Origin: Dehalococcoidia bacterium
GTDB taxonomy: Bacteria > Chloroflexota > Dehalococcoidia > UBA2979
Direction: 5' to 3'
Length of the DNA stretch: 64,000 bases
NCBI GenBank assembly: GCA_020845735.1
Contig: JADLFF010000034.1
Span: 10,884 to 74,883 of the forward strand
Shown: piece after piece, positions 34,846-43,785 of the stretch
Layout of the letters: each line of letters begins with the position of its first letter
Numbering within the stretch: the first letter of the stretch is position 1
Notes under the pieces: generated by a model
The model's input: only the letters and a program-made list of their open reading frames with translations
Told to the model about the DNA's origin: nothing
The model's database searches: none
Program-made: the position numbers and the translations under genes

Positions 34846-35877
34846 CTACTTCGCGACCGTCACGCGGCGCGTCGCTTCGACGAACGCGCCGACTCGAGCG
34901 GCGGCGTCACCGCTGTCGATGGCGCGCCGCGCGAGGTCCACGCCCTGCCGCAGGTTCGAGGCGAGTCCGCTCACGTAGAGGCCGGCCGCCGCGTTCGCGA
35001 GGATGAGGTCGCGCACGGCCGGCGGCCCCTCGGCGTTGAGGATGTGGCGCAGGATGGTGGCGTTCTGCTGAGGCGTGCCGCCCTCGATCGCCTCGAAGGG
35101 GTGGGCCTGGAGGCCCATCTCGGCGGGCGTGATCGTGCGCGCGGTGACCTCGTTGCCGCGCACCTCGAAGGCTGCGGTGGGCCCCGTCACGGTGACGTCA
35201 TCGAGGCCGTCGCTGCCCGCGACGACCAGCGCGTGCCGCATCCCGAGGCGTGCGAGCACCTGCGCGAGGCGCTCGGCGAGCTCCGGGCTCGCGGCGCCCA
35301 TGACGTGGCAGTTCGCGCCCGCCGGGTTGGTCAGCGGCCCGAGGATGTTGAACACGGTGCGGATGCCGATCTGCGGCCGCAGCGGTCCCGCGAACTTCAT
35401 CGCGGGGTGGAACGCCGGCGCGAACATGAAGCCCACGCCCGTCTGCTCGATGACGGACGCGACCTGCTCCGGCGTGAGCGCGATCTGCGCCCCCAGCGCC
35501 TCGAGGAGGTCGGCGGCACCGGACTGCGAGGTCATCGCGCGGTTGCCGTGCTTGGCGACGGTGGCGCCGGCCGCCGCCGCGACGAATGCCGCGGCCGTCG
35601 AGGCGTTGAACACCTTCCTCGACGAGCCGCCCGTCCCGCACGTGTCGAGGAGCGGGCGGCGGTCCACGTGGACGTGGAGCGCCTTCTCGCGCATGACCTT
35701 TGCCATGCCTGTGATCTCATCGACGTTCTCGCCGCGCAGCCTGAGGGCGGTCACGAAGGCGCCGAACTGCGCCTCGGTGGCCTGGCCCTCCATGATCTCG
35801 CGCATGACGGTGGCGGCTTCCTCCTCGGAGAGGTGCCGGTCTTCGTCGACGAGGGCGATGATGGCCTCGCGGATCAT
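34846..35877 (-). CDS. trpD: anthranilate phosphoribosyltransferase
   Basis: LDTCGTGG, FNASTAAAFV, VAKHGNRA.TS.SGAADLLE, NILGPLTNPAG. Confidence 0.9.
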   Translation of the reverse strand: MIREAIIALVDEDRHLSEEEAATVMREIMEGQATEAQFGAFVTALRLRGENVDEITGMAKVMREKALHVHVDRRPLLDTCGTGGSSRKVFNASTAAAFVAAAAGATVAKHGNRAMTSQSGAADLLEALGAQIALTPEQVASVIEQTGVGFMFAPAFHPAMKFAGPLRPQIGIRTVFNILGPLTNPAGANCHVMGAASPELAERLAQVLARLGMRHALVVAGSDGLDDVTVTGPTAAFEVRGNEVTARTITPAEMGLQAHPFEAIEGGTPQQNATILRHILNAEGPPAVRDLILANAAAGLYVSGLASNLRQGVDLARRAIDSGDAAARVGAFVEATRRVTVAK

Positions 35878-36254
35878 GACGGCCCCCTCAGGCGGACGCC
35901 TACGAGATACCCGGTCACGCCGATCAGCTCCTTCTTCACCGGGTCGATGCCGAGCCCGAACGACTCGAGTGTGACCGCACCGAGGAGCGGACTCGCCTCC
36001 GCATCGCCGAAGATCGCCACGGTCGTCCTGGTCCGGCCGCCGATCCGGGCGGTCACTTCGCCGACCTGCCGCTGTACGACGCGGACATCCGCGAGGACGA
36101 ACGACTGACTATCCGAGGGCTGGACACCCAGCCGTTCGAGGAGCGGGCGGGGCAGCAGCGTGTACGTCGCGCCGGAGTCGACGAGCGCGTCCACGGCCTC
36201 GAACGGCCCCTCGGCGGTCGCTCCGACCTCGATGGTGGTGTGGAACGTACCCAT
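35874..36254 (-). CDS. retropepsin-like (clan AA) aspartic protease-domain protein, about 126 aa
   Basis: C-terminal part of ORF 35874..36692. ATG 36254 (or GTG 36263, overlapping the trpG stop as GTGA). ALVDSGATYTLLP (DSG active-site type), LLGAVTLESFGLGIDP. Its stop overlaps the trpD ATG (ATGA). Confidence 0.7.
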   Translation of the reverse strand: MGTFHTTIEVGATAEGPFEAVDALVDSGATYTLLPRPLLERLGVQPSDSQSFVLADVRVVQRQVGEVTARIGGRTRTTVAIFGDAEASPLLGAVTLESFGLGIDPVKKELIGVTGYLVGVRLRGPS

Positions 36255-36259
36255 CGAGG

Positions 36260-36854
<595 letters not shown>

Positions 36855-36881
36855 GTGTTCCTCTTCTCGTGTGCTGGTGGC

Positions 36882-37814
36882 TCAGGGCTCGCGGTCGGGC
36901 ATCGGGGATTGCGCGCCGCCCATGACCTGGGCCGCCTCGCGCATCCGTCCGAGCTGCGTCGCGTGCTCCTGCTCGTGGCGTGCGATCTTCTCGATGCGGT
37001 CGGCGACGGTGGTCACACCCCGCTCGAGGTGGTTGCCGAAGGTGGCGAGCTGCTCGGGGGTGGCCGTCGCGAGCCACGCGAGCGTCGCCTGGCGCACCTC
37101 CTCGAGGCGTGCGCGCACCGTCGAGGCGTCCTCGAGCGGGCGGTGGCGGCGCTCGGCCTCCCACTGCTCACTGCTGAACCCGCGCCAGGTGTGGCCCGGC
37201 GTCATGAGGCGGCGCGCCTCGTCGAGGTAGTACGCCTCGACGGCCGCGGCGTGCGCCAGCACATCGATGGGCGTCCACCCCTCCTCGAGGGGCTGGGTGC
37301 GCCACTGCTCGGGGATCGCGTTGAACGCGTAGGTCAGCTCGAGCCGCGAGGACATGAGCGCGTCCTCGAGGTCCTCCGTGCTGCGTCCCGTCGCGACATC
37401 GAACTGGACCTCGCCCTCGAACGCCTGGTGGAGGAACGTGCGCACCTCGGGCTGCACGCTCAGCGCCCCCGGCGACGAGGGCTGCGTCCACGCCGCATCG
37501 GCGTACGCGCGCTCGGCATACCGAGGCTCACCCGCCCACTCGACGCAGGTGAAGACGTTGACGATGAAGTTCGCGCCGTTCGTGCCGCTGAGGTAGACCG
37601 TCTCCGCGAACTCGTACGGTCCGGGCTGGACGTGCAGCACTTCGCGCAACAGCCGCTCGAGGGCTTCCTCGGCCACTTCCTCCTCGCGAATGGTGTGCAT
37701 CGGCAGCGACCAGCTGCCGCCGAACTCGACGTGCTCCTCGTGGTGCTGCACGAGGAGCACGCGGCCGTCCTCGCGGATCAGCAGCGCGGCTGCGGAGATC
37801 TCAGGTCCGGGCAC
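36882..37814 (-). CDS. Nudix-fold domain fused to DinB-like (DinB_2) domain protein
   Basis: Trimmed to GTG 37814 (GAGGAG 7 nt upstream, 20 nt after the trpE stop). N-terminal half: AALLIREDGRVLLVQH...GGSWSLP......EALERLLREV (degenerate Nudix box). C-terminal half: His-rich four-helix pattern (LAHAAAVEAYY..., ARHEQEHATQL). Confidence 0.65.
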   Translation of the reverse strand: MPGPEISAAALLIREDGRVLLVQHHEEHVEFGGSWSLPMHTIREEEVAEEALERLLREVLHVQPGPYEFAETVYLSGTNGANFIVNVFTCVEWAGEPRYAERAYADAAWTQPSSPGALSVQPEVRTFLHQAFEGEVQFDVATGRSTEDLEDALMSSRLELTYAFNAIPEQWRTQPLEEGWTPIDVLAHAAAVEAYYLDEARRLMTPGHTWRGFSSEQWEAERRHRPLEDASTVRARLEEVRQATLAWLATATPEQLATFGNHLERGVTTVADRIEKIARHEQEHATQLGRMREAAQVMGGAQSPMPDREP

Positions 37815-37833
37815 GGCGCACTCCTCGCACTGC

Positions 37834-39327
37834 TCAATACCCCAGCGAGGCGGTGGGCGCTCCGCCCTCGCCGCGCTCGGCATCATCGATGGCGCGCAGC
37901 AGCGCCCGCGCCTTGTGCTCGGTCTCCTCGAACTCCTTGACCGGGTCCGAGTCGTACACGATCCCGCCGCCGGCCTGGACGTGCGCCCAGCCGTCCTTCA
38001 TCACCAGCGTCCGAATCGTGATGCACGTCTCGAGGTTGCCCGACATGTCGAAGAAGCCGACGGCGCCGGCGTACGGCCCGCGGCGGTCGGGCTCGAGCTC
38101 CGCGATGATCTCCATCGCGCGGATCTTCGGCGCCCCCGAGACGGTGCCCGCCGGGAAGCTCGCGCGCAGTGCCTCGTAGGGTGAGACGTCGGCGCGGAGC
38201 TGCCCCTCGACGTGGCTCACGAGGTGCATCACGTGCGAGTAGAACTCGAGGTCGAACTGCTGCGTGACCTGCACGCTGCCCGCCTCGGACACCCGCCCCA
38301 CGTCGTTGCGGCCCAGGTCGAGGAGCATCACGTGCTCCGCGAGCTCCTTCGGGTCGTGGCGCAGCTCCTCGGCGAGACGCTGGTCATCGAGGGGTGTCGC
38401 GCCTCGAGGCCGCGTCCCGGCGATCGGGTGGTTCTCGACGCGCCCGTCCTCCACCTTCACGAGGAGCTCGGGCGACGCGCCGACGATGTACGTGTCGTCG
38501 AACTGGAGGAAGTACATGTACGGCGAGGGGTTGATCGCGCGGAGGCTGCGGTAGACCTCGAACGGGTGCGCGCCGGTCTCGCGCGAGAACCGCTGCGAGA
38601 GCACCACCTGGATGATGTCGCCCGCGTAGATGTACTCCTTGCACCGCTCGACGGCGCGCAGGTACTCGTCGCGGTCCCAGTTCGAGATCACGGCGCGGCC
38701 GCTCGGACCGCGATGTGCCTCGTAGGGCAGGGCCGCGAGGGGCTGCGCGAGCCGCCCGATCAGCTGCTCGATCTTCCAGCGCGCCTGCTCGTACGAGGAG
38801 TCGATGTCCCCATCGAGGCGCACGTGGGAGACGACTTTGATCGTGTGCATCAGGTGGTCGAACACCAGCAGGGTGTCGGTGAACATCAGCCACGACTCCG
38901 GTACGCCGAGGGCGTCCCGCTCCGCCTCGCCCACGCGCGACTCGAAATGGCCGACTGTCTCGTAGCCGAGGTAGCCGACGGCGCCGCCGTGGAACCTCGG
39001 GAGGCCCGGGACGGGCACCGCGCGATGGCGCGCGAGCTCCGCTTCGACCTCGACGAGGGGGTCGCCGTCCTCGTGGTTGGCCGACAGCACGCGGAACGGC
39101 TCGGTCCCGATGAACGAGTAGCGCCCGACGCGCTCGCCGCCCTCGACAGACTCGAGGAGGAACGAGAAGCGGCCGCGCGCGACCTTCAGGAACGCCGACA
39201 CGGGCGTCTCGAGGTCCGCGCGCACCTCGCGATAGATGGGCACCACCGTGCCCTGGCCGATCAGCTTGCGCACCTCGACGAGGGGTGGCGTGGTGTCCGA
39301 CAGCAGCGTCGTGGTGGTCGTCGTCAT
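37834..39327 (-). CDS. trpE: anthranilate synthase component I
   Basis: Trimmed to ATG 39327 (GGAG upstream). LETPVSAFLK, LLESVEGGE..GRYSFIG, GAVGY, DIIQVVLSQR, NPSPYM, HPIAGTRPRG, ELAEHVMLLDLGRNDVGRV, MHLVS.V.G, PAGTVSGAPK.RAMEII..LE...RG.YAGAVG. Confidence 0.9.
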   Translation of the reverse strand: MTTTTTTLLSDTTPPLVEVRKLIGQGTVVPIYREVRADLETPVSAFLKVARGRFSFLLESVEGGERVGRYSFIGTEPFRVLSANHEDGDPLVEVEAELARHRAVPVPGLPRFHGGAVGYLGYETVGHFESRVGEAERDALGVPESWLMFTDTLLVFDHLMHTIKVVSHVRLDGDIDSSYEQARWKIEQLIGRLAQPLAALPYEAHRGPSGRAVISNWDRDEYLRAVERCKEYIYAGDIIQVVLSQRFSRETGAHPFEVYRSLRAINPSPYMYFLQFDDTYIVGASPELLVKVEDGRVENHPIAGTRPRGATPLDDQRLAEELRHDPKELAEHVMLLDLGRNDVGRVSEAGSVQVTQQFDLEFYSHVMHLVSHVEGQLRADVSPYEALRASFPAGTVSGAPKIRAMEIIAELEPDRRGPYAGAVGFFDMSGNLETCITIRTLVMKDGWAHVQAGGGIVYDSDPVKEFEETEHKARALLRAIDDAERGEGGAPTASLGY

Positions 39328-39589
39328 CGTGCATCTCCGGTTCGCATCGAGAGGTTGGTGGGCGTGCTGGGGCTCGACCAGCCCCGCCATGCGCGCCAGC
39401 CCGGCCAGCGCCACGCACGGCCGGCCTCGAGCAGTGGTCGCTGCTGACCCCTCGGCGTGTGCGTCCCGGCCATCGATGTCTCCCGTGCTCCGAGGCCGCC
39501 CGGCGGTCCGGGCCACCTCATTAGACCGATCCATGGTGGCACTCGGCACGCCCGAGCGCCGTCTCATCCCCTGTCGGGTCGCGCCGATC

Positions 39590-39623
39590 AAAAAGGACCA
39601 TCGCCAACCGGGGCGATGGTCCT
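39590..39623 (-). terminator. T-box terminator hairpin (12-bp perfect stem plus U tract)
   Basis: Plus strand reads aaaaAGGACCATCGCCaaccggGGCGATGGTCCT. On the minus strand the stem is followed by TTTTTGATCGG. Confidence 0.85.
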
Positions 39624-39940
39624 CGCGGTGCCACCCGTGTTCCGCACGAACAGCCTCCGAGGCCGCTCGCGCGCTCTGCGAGGCACGGCCGCCGCTCCGC
39701 GCTCGGACTGCCCGTGGAGGGTTCCGAGTGCGCTCGGGGCGATGCCCTGGGCCTGGATAACGGCGCCCGCACCGTCGGCGTCTACTGGGCTGCCCTCGGA
39801 GGTCCGAGGCGAGCCGTTCGGGCCGAGACTCCCGGGTCCATTCGGCCGCTGCTGGCGGGCGCCGGGCTCTCAGCCCCCCCGGCTCTCTGTGGCCCCGCGA
39901 CGCGGCGTACTAGTCCCGTTCGACGTCACATCTGTGTGCC
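39590..39940 (-). promoter_or_regulatory. T-box riboswitch leader, tRNA-Trp specific (UGG specifier), with intrinsic terminator
   Basis: Minus strand:
- Stem I with AGUA and AGAGAG...CUGAGAG elements.
- Specifier loop GAA-UGG-A (UGG at 39840..39838).
- T-box motif GGGTGGCACCGCG (39636..39624), giving a 7-nt bulge UGGCACC flanked by CGGG/CCCG and GCGA/TCGC helices.
- Competing terminator AGGACCATCGCC-CCGGTT-GGCGATGGTCCT plus TTTTT. Confidence 0.85.
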
Positions 39941-40064
39941 CGCGCAGCCGAGGCCGCGCCACTCGATGATACGCCAACGCTCGAGGGTCGTGGACACCCC
40001 GGCCTCGAGGCCGCTGCGCACGCCGATAACGACTACGATAGATGGGCTGCTGAGGAGGCTCGCC

Positions 40065-40439
40065 ATGACGATGCGTCCGCGCACCCTGGCCCTGCTCGTG
40101 GCCGCGGTCGCCGCCCTCGGGTGGCTGGCCGGGCTGCCATGGCCCCTCGTGGGGGCCGCGGCTGCGGCCACCGCGTTCATCCTCGTGATCCTGACGAGGC
40201 CGCTCCCGCCCCGCCGTCCGTTCGCCGACGAGATCCCGCGCCAGCTGGACGAGGCGCGCGCGTTCTCGCTCGCCAACGCGGTGCTGTGGGGCGGGCTGGC
40301 GTTCGGCTTCCTCAACGGCTCGGGGTCCGCCTCGGCGTCCGACGTCGCGAGCGGCCTCGATGCCGGCGGTGGCCTCGATGTGGGGGGTGGCCTCGAGGGG
40401 TTCGACGCCGGTGGGTTCAGCGGGGGTGGGCCCGAGTAG
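40065..40439 (+). CDS. small membrane protein with Gly/Asp-rich C-terminus (hypothetical)
   Basis: Trimmed to ATG 40065 (GAGGAGG RBS). Two to three hydrophobic segments; tail GLDAGGGLDVGGGLEGFDAGGFSGGG. Confidence 0.55.
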   Translation: MTMRPRTLALLVAAVAALGWLAGLPWPLVGAAAAATAFILVILTRPLPPRRPFADEIPRQLDEARAFSLANAVLWGGLAFGFLNGSGSASASDVASGLDAGGGLDVGGGLEGFDAGGFSGGGPE

Positions 40440-40446
40440 CCCCTGG

Positions 40447-41073
40447 TCACACCTCGACGCGCGCACGCCCCTCGCGGCCCCGTTCGCGCTCGATGAGGGC
40501 GGCCGCGGCCGCAACGGTCTCCTCGAGGCGCCCTCGCCGGTTCACGATCACGTGCTCGAACTCGCGCTGTGCCTCGAGCTCGGTCGCGCGGTCTCGCTGG
40601 CGCTGGGCGACGACCTCCGGCGGGGTCTTGCGCTGCGCCAGCTGGTCGTCGAGCTGGCTCGGGTCCGCGGGGTCGGGCGCGATGAAGACGAAGAGGGCAC
40701 CTGGCACCACGCCGCGCAGCGTCCGCGCACCCTGCACGTCCACCTGCAGGACCACGTCGTATCCGGCCTCGACGAGCGCGCGCACCCGCCAGCGCGGCGA
40801 GCCGTACTGCTTCGCGTGCACTCCGGCGTGCTCCAGCAGCCGCTCCTGCGCGGCGTGCCAGCCGAAGCGTGACTCGCTGACGAAGAGGTAGTCGACGCCG
40901 CTCTCCTCGAGGGCGCCGTGGTTCTCCCGCGGCGCCCGCGTGGTCATCGTGAGCGCGCGCCGCAGCCCAGAGTCGCGCTCGAGCAGCTCCCGCATCACGG
41001 TGTCCTTGCCGACGCCCGACGGCCCGGAGATCACGACGAGCAGGGGCGGGGCTTCCGAGTCGGTGGCGCTCAT
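40447..41073 (-). CDS. gmk: guanylate kinase
   Basis: Trimmed to ATG 41073. VISGPSGVGKDT (P-loop), TTRAPR..E..G.DY.FVS, later VLQVDVQGA. Confidence 0.85.
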   Translation of the reverse strand: MSATDSEAPPLLVVISGPSGVGKDTVMRELLERDSGLRRALTMTTRAPRENHGALEESGVDYLFVSESRFGWHAAQERLLEHAGVHAKQYGSPRWRVRALVEAGYDVVLQVDVQGARTLRGVVPGALFVFIAPDPADPSQLDDQLAQRKTPPEVVAQRQRDRATELEAQREFEHVIVNRRGRLEETVAAAAALIERERGREGRARVEV

Positions 41074-41149
41074 GGCCGGAGCATACGCGTCGCGCCGGCC
41101 TCGAGGGGCAACGCCCGAGGCCGGAGGGCGCTCGATTCGGGCCGCATGG

Positions 41150-41375
41150 AGGACGGCGCGCCCTTCGACTTCGCTCAGGAGAGCCTCAGGGCGAACGGAG
41201 GAAGGCACCGGCGCGCAGGGCGAACGGGTGAAGGCGAGCGGGGCCTCGGAGGGTGCGAACTCGGGTGTCTCGAGGTGGGCGTGTGTGGTTCGCCAGGCTC
41301 ACCACGAACGGATGAAGGCCGCCCCGAGGTTGGTCCCGGCGTCCGGCGTCCCGGCGCATCACGAACGGGAGCGGC
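41150..41375 (-). repeat. REP-like modules (family A variant plus family B), reverse orientation
   Basis: 41158-41205 reads GACGGCGCGCCCTTCGAC..CTCAGGGCGAACGG. 41270-41314 is identical over 45 nt to 23210-23254 (GTCTCGAGGTGGGCGTGTGTGGTTCGCCAGGCTCACCACGAACGG). Confidence 0.85.
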
Positions 41376-41413
41376 CCGGGAACGCCTCGGGGAGCCCGAC
41401 GGCCTGCGGTCCG

Positions 41414-42445
41414 TCAGCGGTCGCGGCGCAGCTTGCGCTCGCGTTCGCGCTCCGCGAGGCGCTCCTCGGAGCGCTGGTTGATCTCCTTCATCTTGTCGGC
41501 GAAGTAGCTGCCGAAGAGGAAGTCGCTCATCGCGTTCTCGGGGAGGTCCATGCCCTTCGCCTGCACCTCGGTGCGGCCGACCTTTCCCGCGAGGTAGGCG
41601 CCGTGCTCCATGCTCGTCGTGGCCAGGTACTTGTAAAGCTCGTCCTCGCCCTCGACGTCTGCGATGCGCTCCTGCAGCTCGCGCAGCGCCTCGCGGTAGC
41701 GCTCGATCCAGTGGATGAGCTGCACGCGGTTCGTCACCGCAATGTCGTGCGCCATGTCGGGATGCGTCCCCGCCACTCGAGTGGTGTCGCGGAAGCCTCC
41801 GGCGGCGAGCAGCGACATCTCGGGCCACGCCTCGGAGTTGCGCGCGAGGCGGAACAGCGCGGTCGCCGCGGCGAGCGGGAGGTGCGAGATCGCGGCGACA
41901 TAAGCGTCGTGCTCCTCAGCGTCCATGAACCGCGGCGTCGCCCCGAGGGCGCTCGCCATGCCCGCCACCGCCTGCACCGCTCCGTCGCTCGCGCTCACCG
42001 AGGGCACGACGACCCACTGGGCGCCCTTGAACAGCTCGGCGCTGGCCGTCGTCGGGCCGCTCGCCGTGGTGCCGGCCATCGGATGCCCGCCCACGAACGA
42101 GACGGTGTCGGGGAGGACCTGGCGCGCCCAGCGCATCACCTCGGCCTTGGTGGAGCCGGTGTCCGTGACGACGGCGCCCGCCTCAACGGCGCCCGCGATC
42201 TGGCGCATCACGTCCTCGATGCCCAGGACGGGCACGGCGATGACCACCATCGAGGCGCCCTCGACGGCCTCCGCCGGGTCGCCCGCCGCGACGTCGATCG
42301 CGCCCACGCGCTTCGCCTCGGCCACGTGATCCCGATTGCGGTCGTAGCCGACCACGGTGAGGTCCGCCAGCTTCTTCGACGCCTTCAGCCCGAGGGCCAC
42401 CGAGGCCCCGAGCAGTCCCGTCCCGATGATCGCGACGCGTGTCAT
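41414..42445 (-). CDS. tyrA: prephenate dehydrogenase
   Basis: Trimmed to ATG 42445. VAIIGTGLLGAS (Rossmann), TDTGSTK, GGHPMAG, HD..VA..SHLP. Confidence 0.85.
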   Translation of the reverse strand: MTRVAIIGTGLLGASVALGLKASKKLADLTVVGYDRNRDHVAEAKRVGAIDVAAGDPAEAVEGASMVVIAVPVLGIEDVMRQIAGAVEAGAVVTDTGSTKAEVMRWARQVLPDTVSFVGGHPMAGTTASGPTTASAELFKGAQWVVVPSVSASDGAVQAVAGMASALGATPRFMDAEEHDAYVAAISHLPLAAATALFRLARNSEAWPEMSLLAAGGFRDTTRVAGTHPDMAHDIAVTNRVQLIHWIERYREALRELQERIADVEGEDELYKYLATTSMEHGAYLAGKVGRTEVQAKGMDLPENAMSDFLFGSYFADKMKEINQRSEERLAERERERKLRRDR

Positions 42446-42553
42446 GCGCTCTCTCCGGCTCGGCCGTCCGAGGGGCCCCGCGGCCCCCATCGAGCGGCGC
42501 GTTGTGCAGTCATGATATCGGGCGGGCGCGTGCCTCGAGCGCGGGTGGGGTCC

Positions 42554-43111
42554 CTAGGTCCGGCGGTCCGCCTCGATCAGCCGCACCAGCTCGGGATCCT
42601 CGCGGGCGGCGTGTGGGTCCGAGGTGTGCCCGCGCACGAGGTCGACGACGCGCGCACTCGAGCCCGCGCCGACCAGCCGCTCCGCGCCGAGGGCGGCGTG
42701 ATGGTGCAGGCGCCAGAGCGCCCGTTGCCACGGCTGCCCTCCCTCGCTGCCGAGGGTGTCCGCGAGCGCGGGCGACACGGCGCGCAACAGCACGAACCCC
42801 ACGCGGTCCCACAGCTCGAGGTGGCCCTTGCCCACGTCGTGCAGCAGCGCCGCCTGGCGCAGTTCCCGCGAGGGCTCCCCATCCTGCGCCGCCCCCCGCT
42901 CGAGGTGGTGCAGCAGGTCCATCGAGTGGCGGCGGTCCCGGGGGTGCATCGAGGCGAACAGGCGCAGCTCGGCGGGCCCCAGCAACGACCGCGCGAGCTG
43001 CACCTCGGCGGGGCTGAGGCCGGTCGCGAACCCACGGGCGACCTGTCCCACTCGGTAGCGCGCCTGCCCGAGGCCAGTTCGGACGCGACCGCTCCCGAGG
43101 AGCGCGATCAC
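42554..43111 (-). CDS. HD-domain protein
   Basis: GTG 43111 overlaps the M50 stop (GTGA). RRHSMDL......AALLHDVGK (H...HD). Confidence 0.65.
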   Translation of the reverse strand: MIALLGSGRVRTGLGQARYRVGQVARGFATGLSPAEVQLARSLLGPAELRLFASMHPRDRRHSMDLLHHLERGAAQDGEPSRELRQAALLHDVGKGHLELWDRVGFVLLRAVSPALADTLGSEGGQPWQRALWRLHHHAALGAERLVGAGSSARVVDLVRGHTSDPHAAREDPELVRLIEADRRT

Positions 43112-43785
43112 ACGAGCCCGCGATCGAGGAAGAGGTTGAGGAAGAACCCGACCAGCGGACTCATCACGACGGACAGCGGGTTGATCGAGCCGTTCGTCAG
43201 CCACGGCAGCGCGATGAGCAGGAACAGCAGTCCCGGCCCCCACGCCTCGAGCTGGGAGAACGTCTGCCCGAGGTTCCGCGGGAGCAGTCCCTGCACGACC
43301 TTGAACCCATCGAGGGGTGCGAGCGGCAGGAAGTTGAACACGGCCAGCAGCACGTTGAGCTGGATCACCATCACGAAGAACAGCTCGACGGCCTCGGAGA
43401 AGGGCGCCATCGAGACCAGGCCCAGCGACAGCGGAATCGAGGCGAGCGCGGCAATCACGAGGTTGGACGCCGGCCCCGCGAGGGCCACCAGCGCCAGTGA
43501 CTGCATCGGGTGGCGCGTGTTGTTGACGTTGACCGGCGTCGGCTTCGCCCAGCCAAACCCCGCCAGCAGGATCATCACGGACCCAATCGGATCGAGGTGC
43601 GCACGCGGATTCAGGGTGAGCCGGCCGGCACGCTCGGCGGTGCGATCACCCAGCGCGCGGGCCGCGAGGGCATGCGAGAACTCGTGGAACGACAGCCCGA
43701 TCAGCATCGAGAACGCAAACGCCGCCAGCAGCATGAAGAACGCGATGGGGTTCGAGAACGCGAGGTCGATGTATTGCAGAAGCAT
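43108..43785 (-). CDS. site-2 protease (M50) family zinc metalloprotease
   Basis: Polytopic. HEFSHAL (HExxH) and downstream NFLPLAPLDG (LDG motif). Confidence 0.85.
   Translation of the reverse strand: MLLQYIDLAFSNPIAFFMLLAAFAFSMLIGLSFHEFSHALAARALGDRTAERAGRLTLNPRAHLDPIGSVMILLAGFGWAKPTPVNVNNTRHPMQSLALVALAGPASNLVIAALASIPLSLGLVSMAPFSEAVELFFVMVIQLNVLLAVFNFLPLAPLDGFKVVQGLLPRNLGQTFSQLEAWGPGLLFLLIALPWLTNGSINPLSVVMSPLVGFFLNLFLDRGLV

Noticed and set aside
37834-39591. The track's 585-aa TrpE with an 88-aa N-terminal extension.
   Set aside because: The extension is Arg/Gly-rich and would begin at the base of the T-box terminator. ATG 39327 has a GGAG RBS and gives a typical TrpE N-terminus.
39624-40064. 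Structured non-coding region first considered as tmRNA, RNase P RNA or SRP RNA. A plus-strand stretch GCCGATAACGACTACGAT even resembles a tmRNA tag.
   Set aside because: There is no GGGG...TTCGA 5' end or CCA-proximal T-arm, no GGAAAGTCCGG P4 motif, and the tag-like frame has no stop. The region is explained by the minus-strand T-box leader plus the divergent promoter region.
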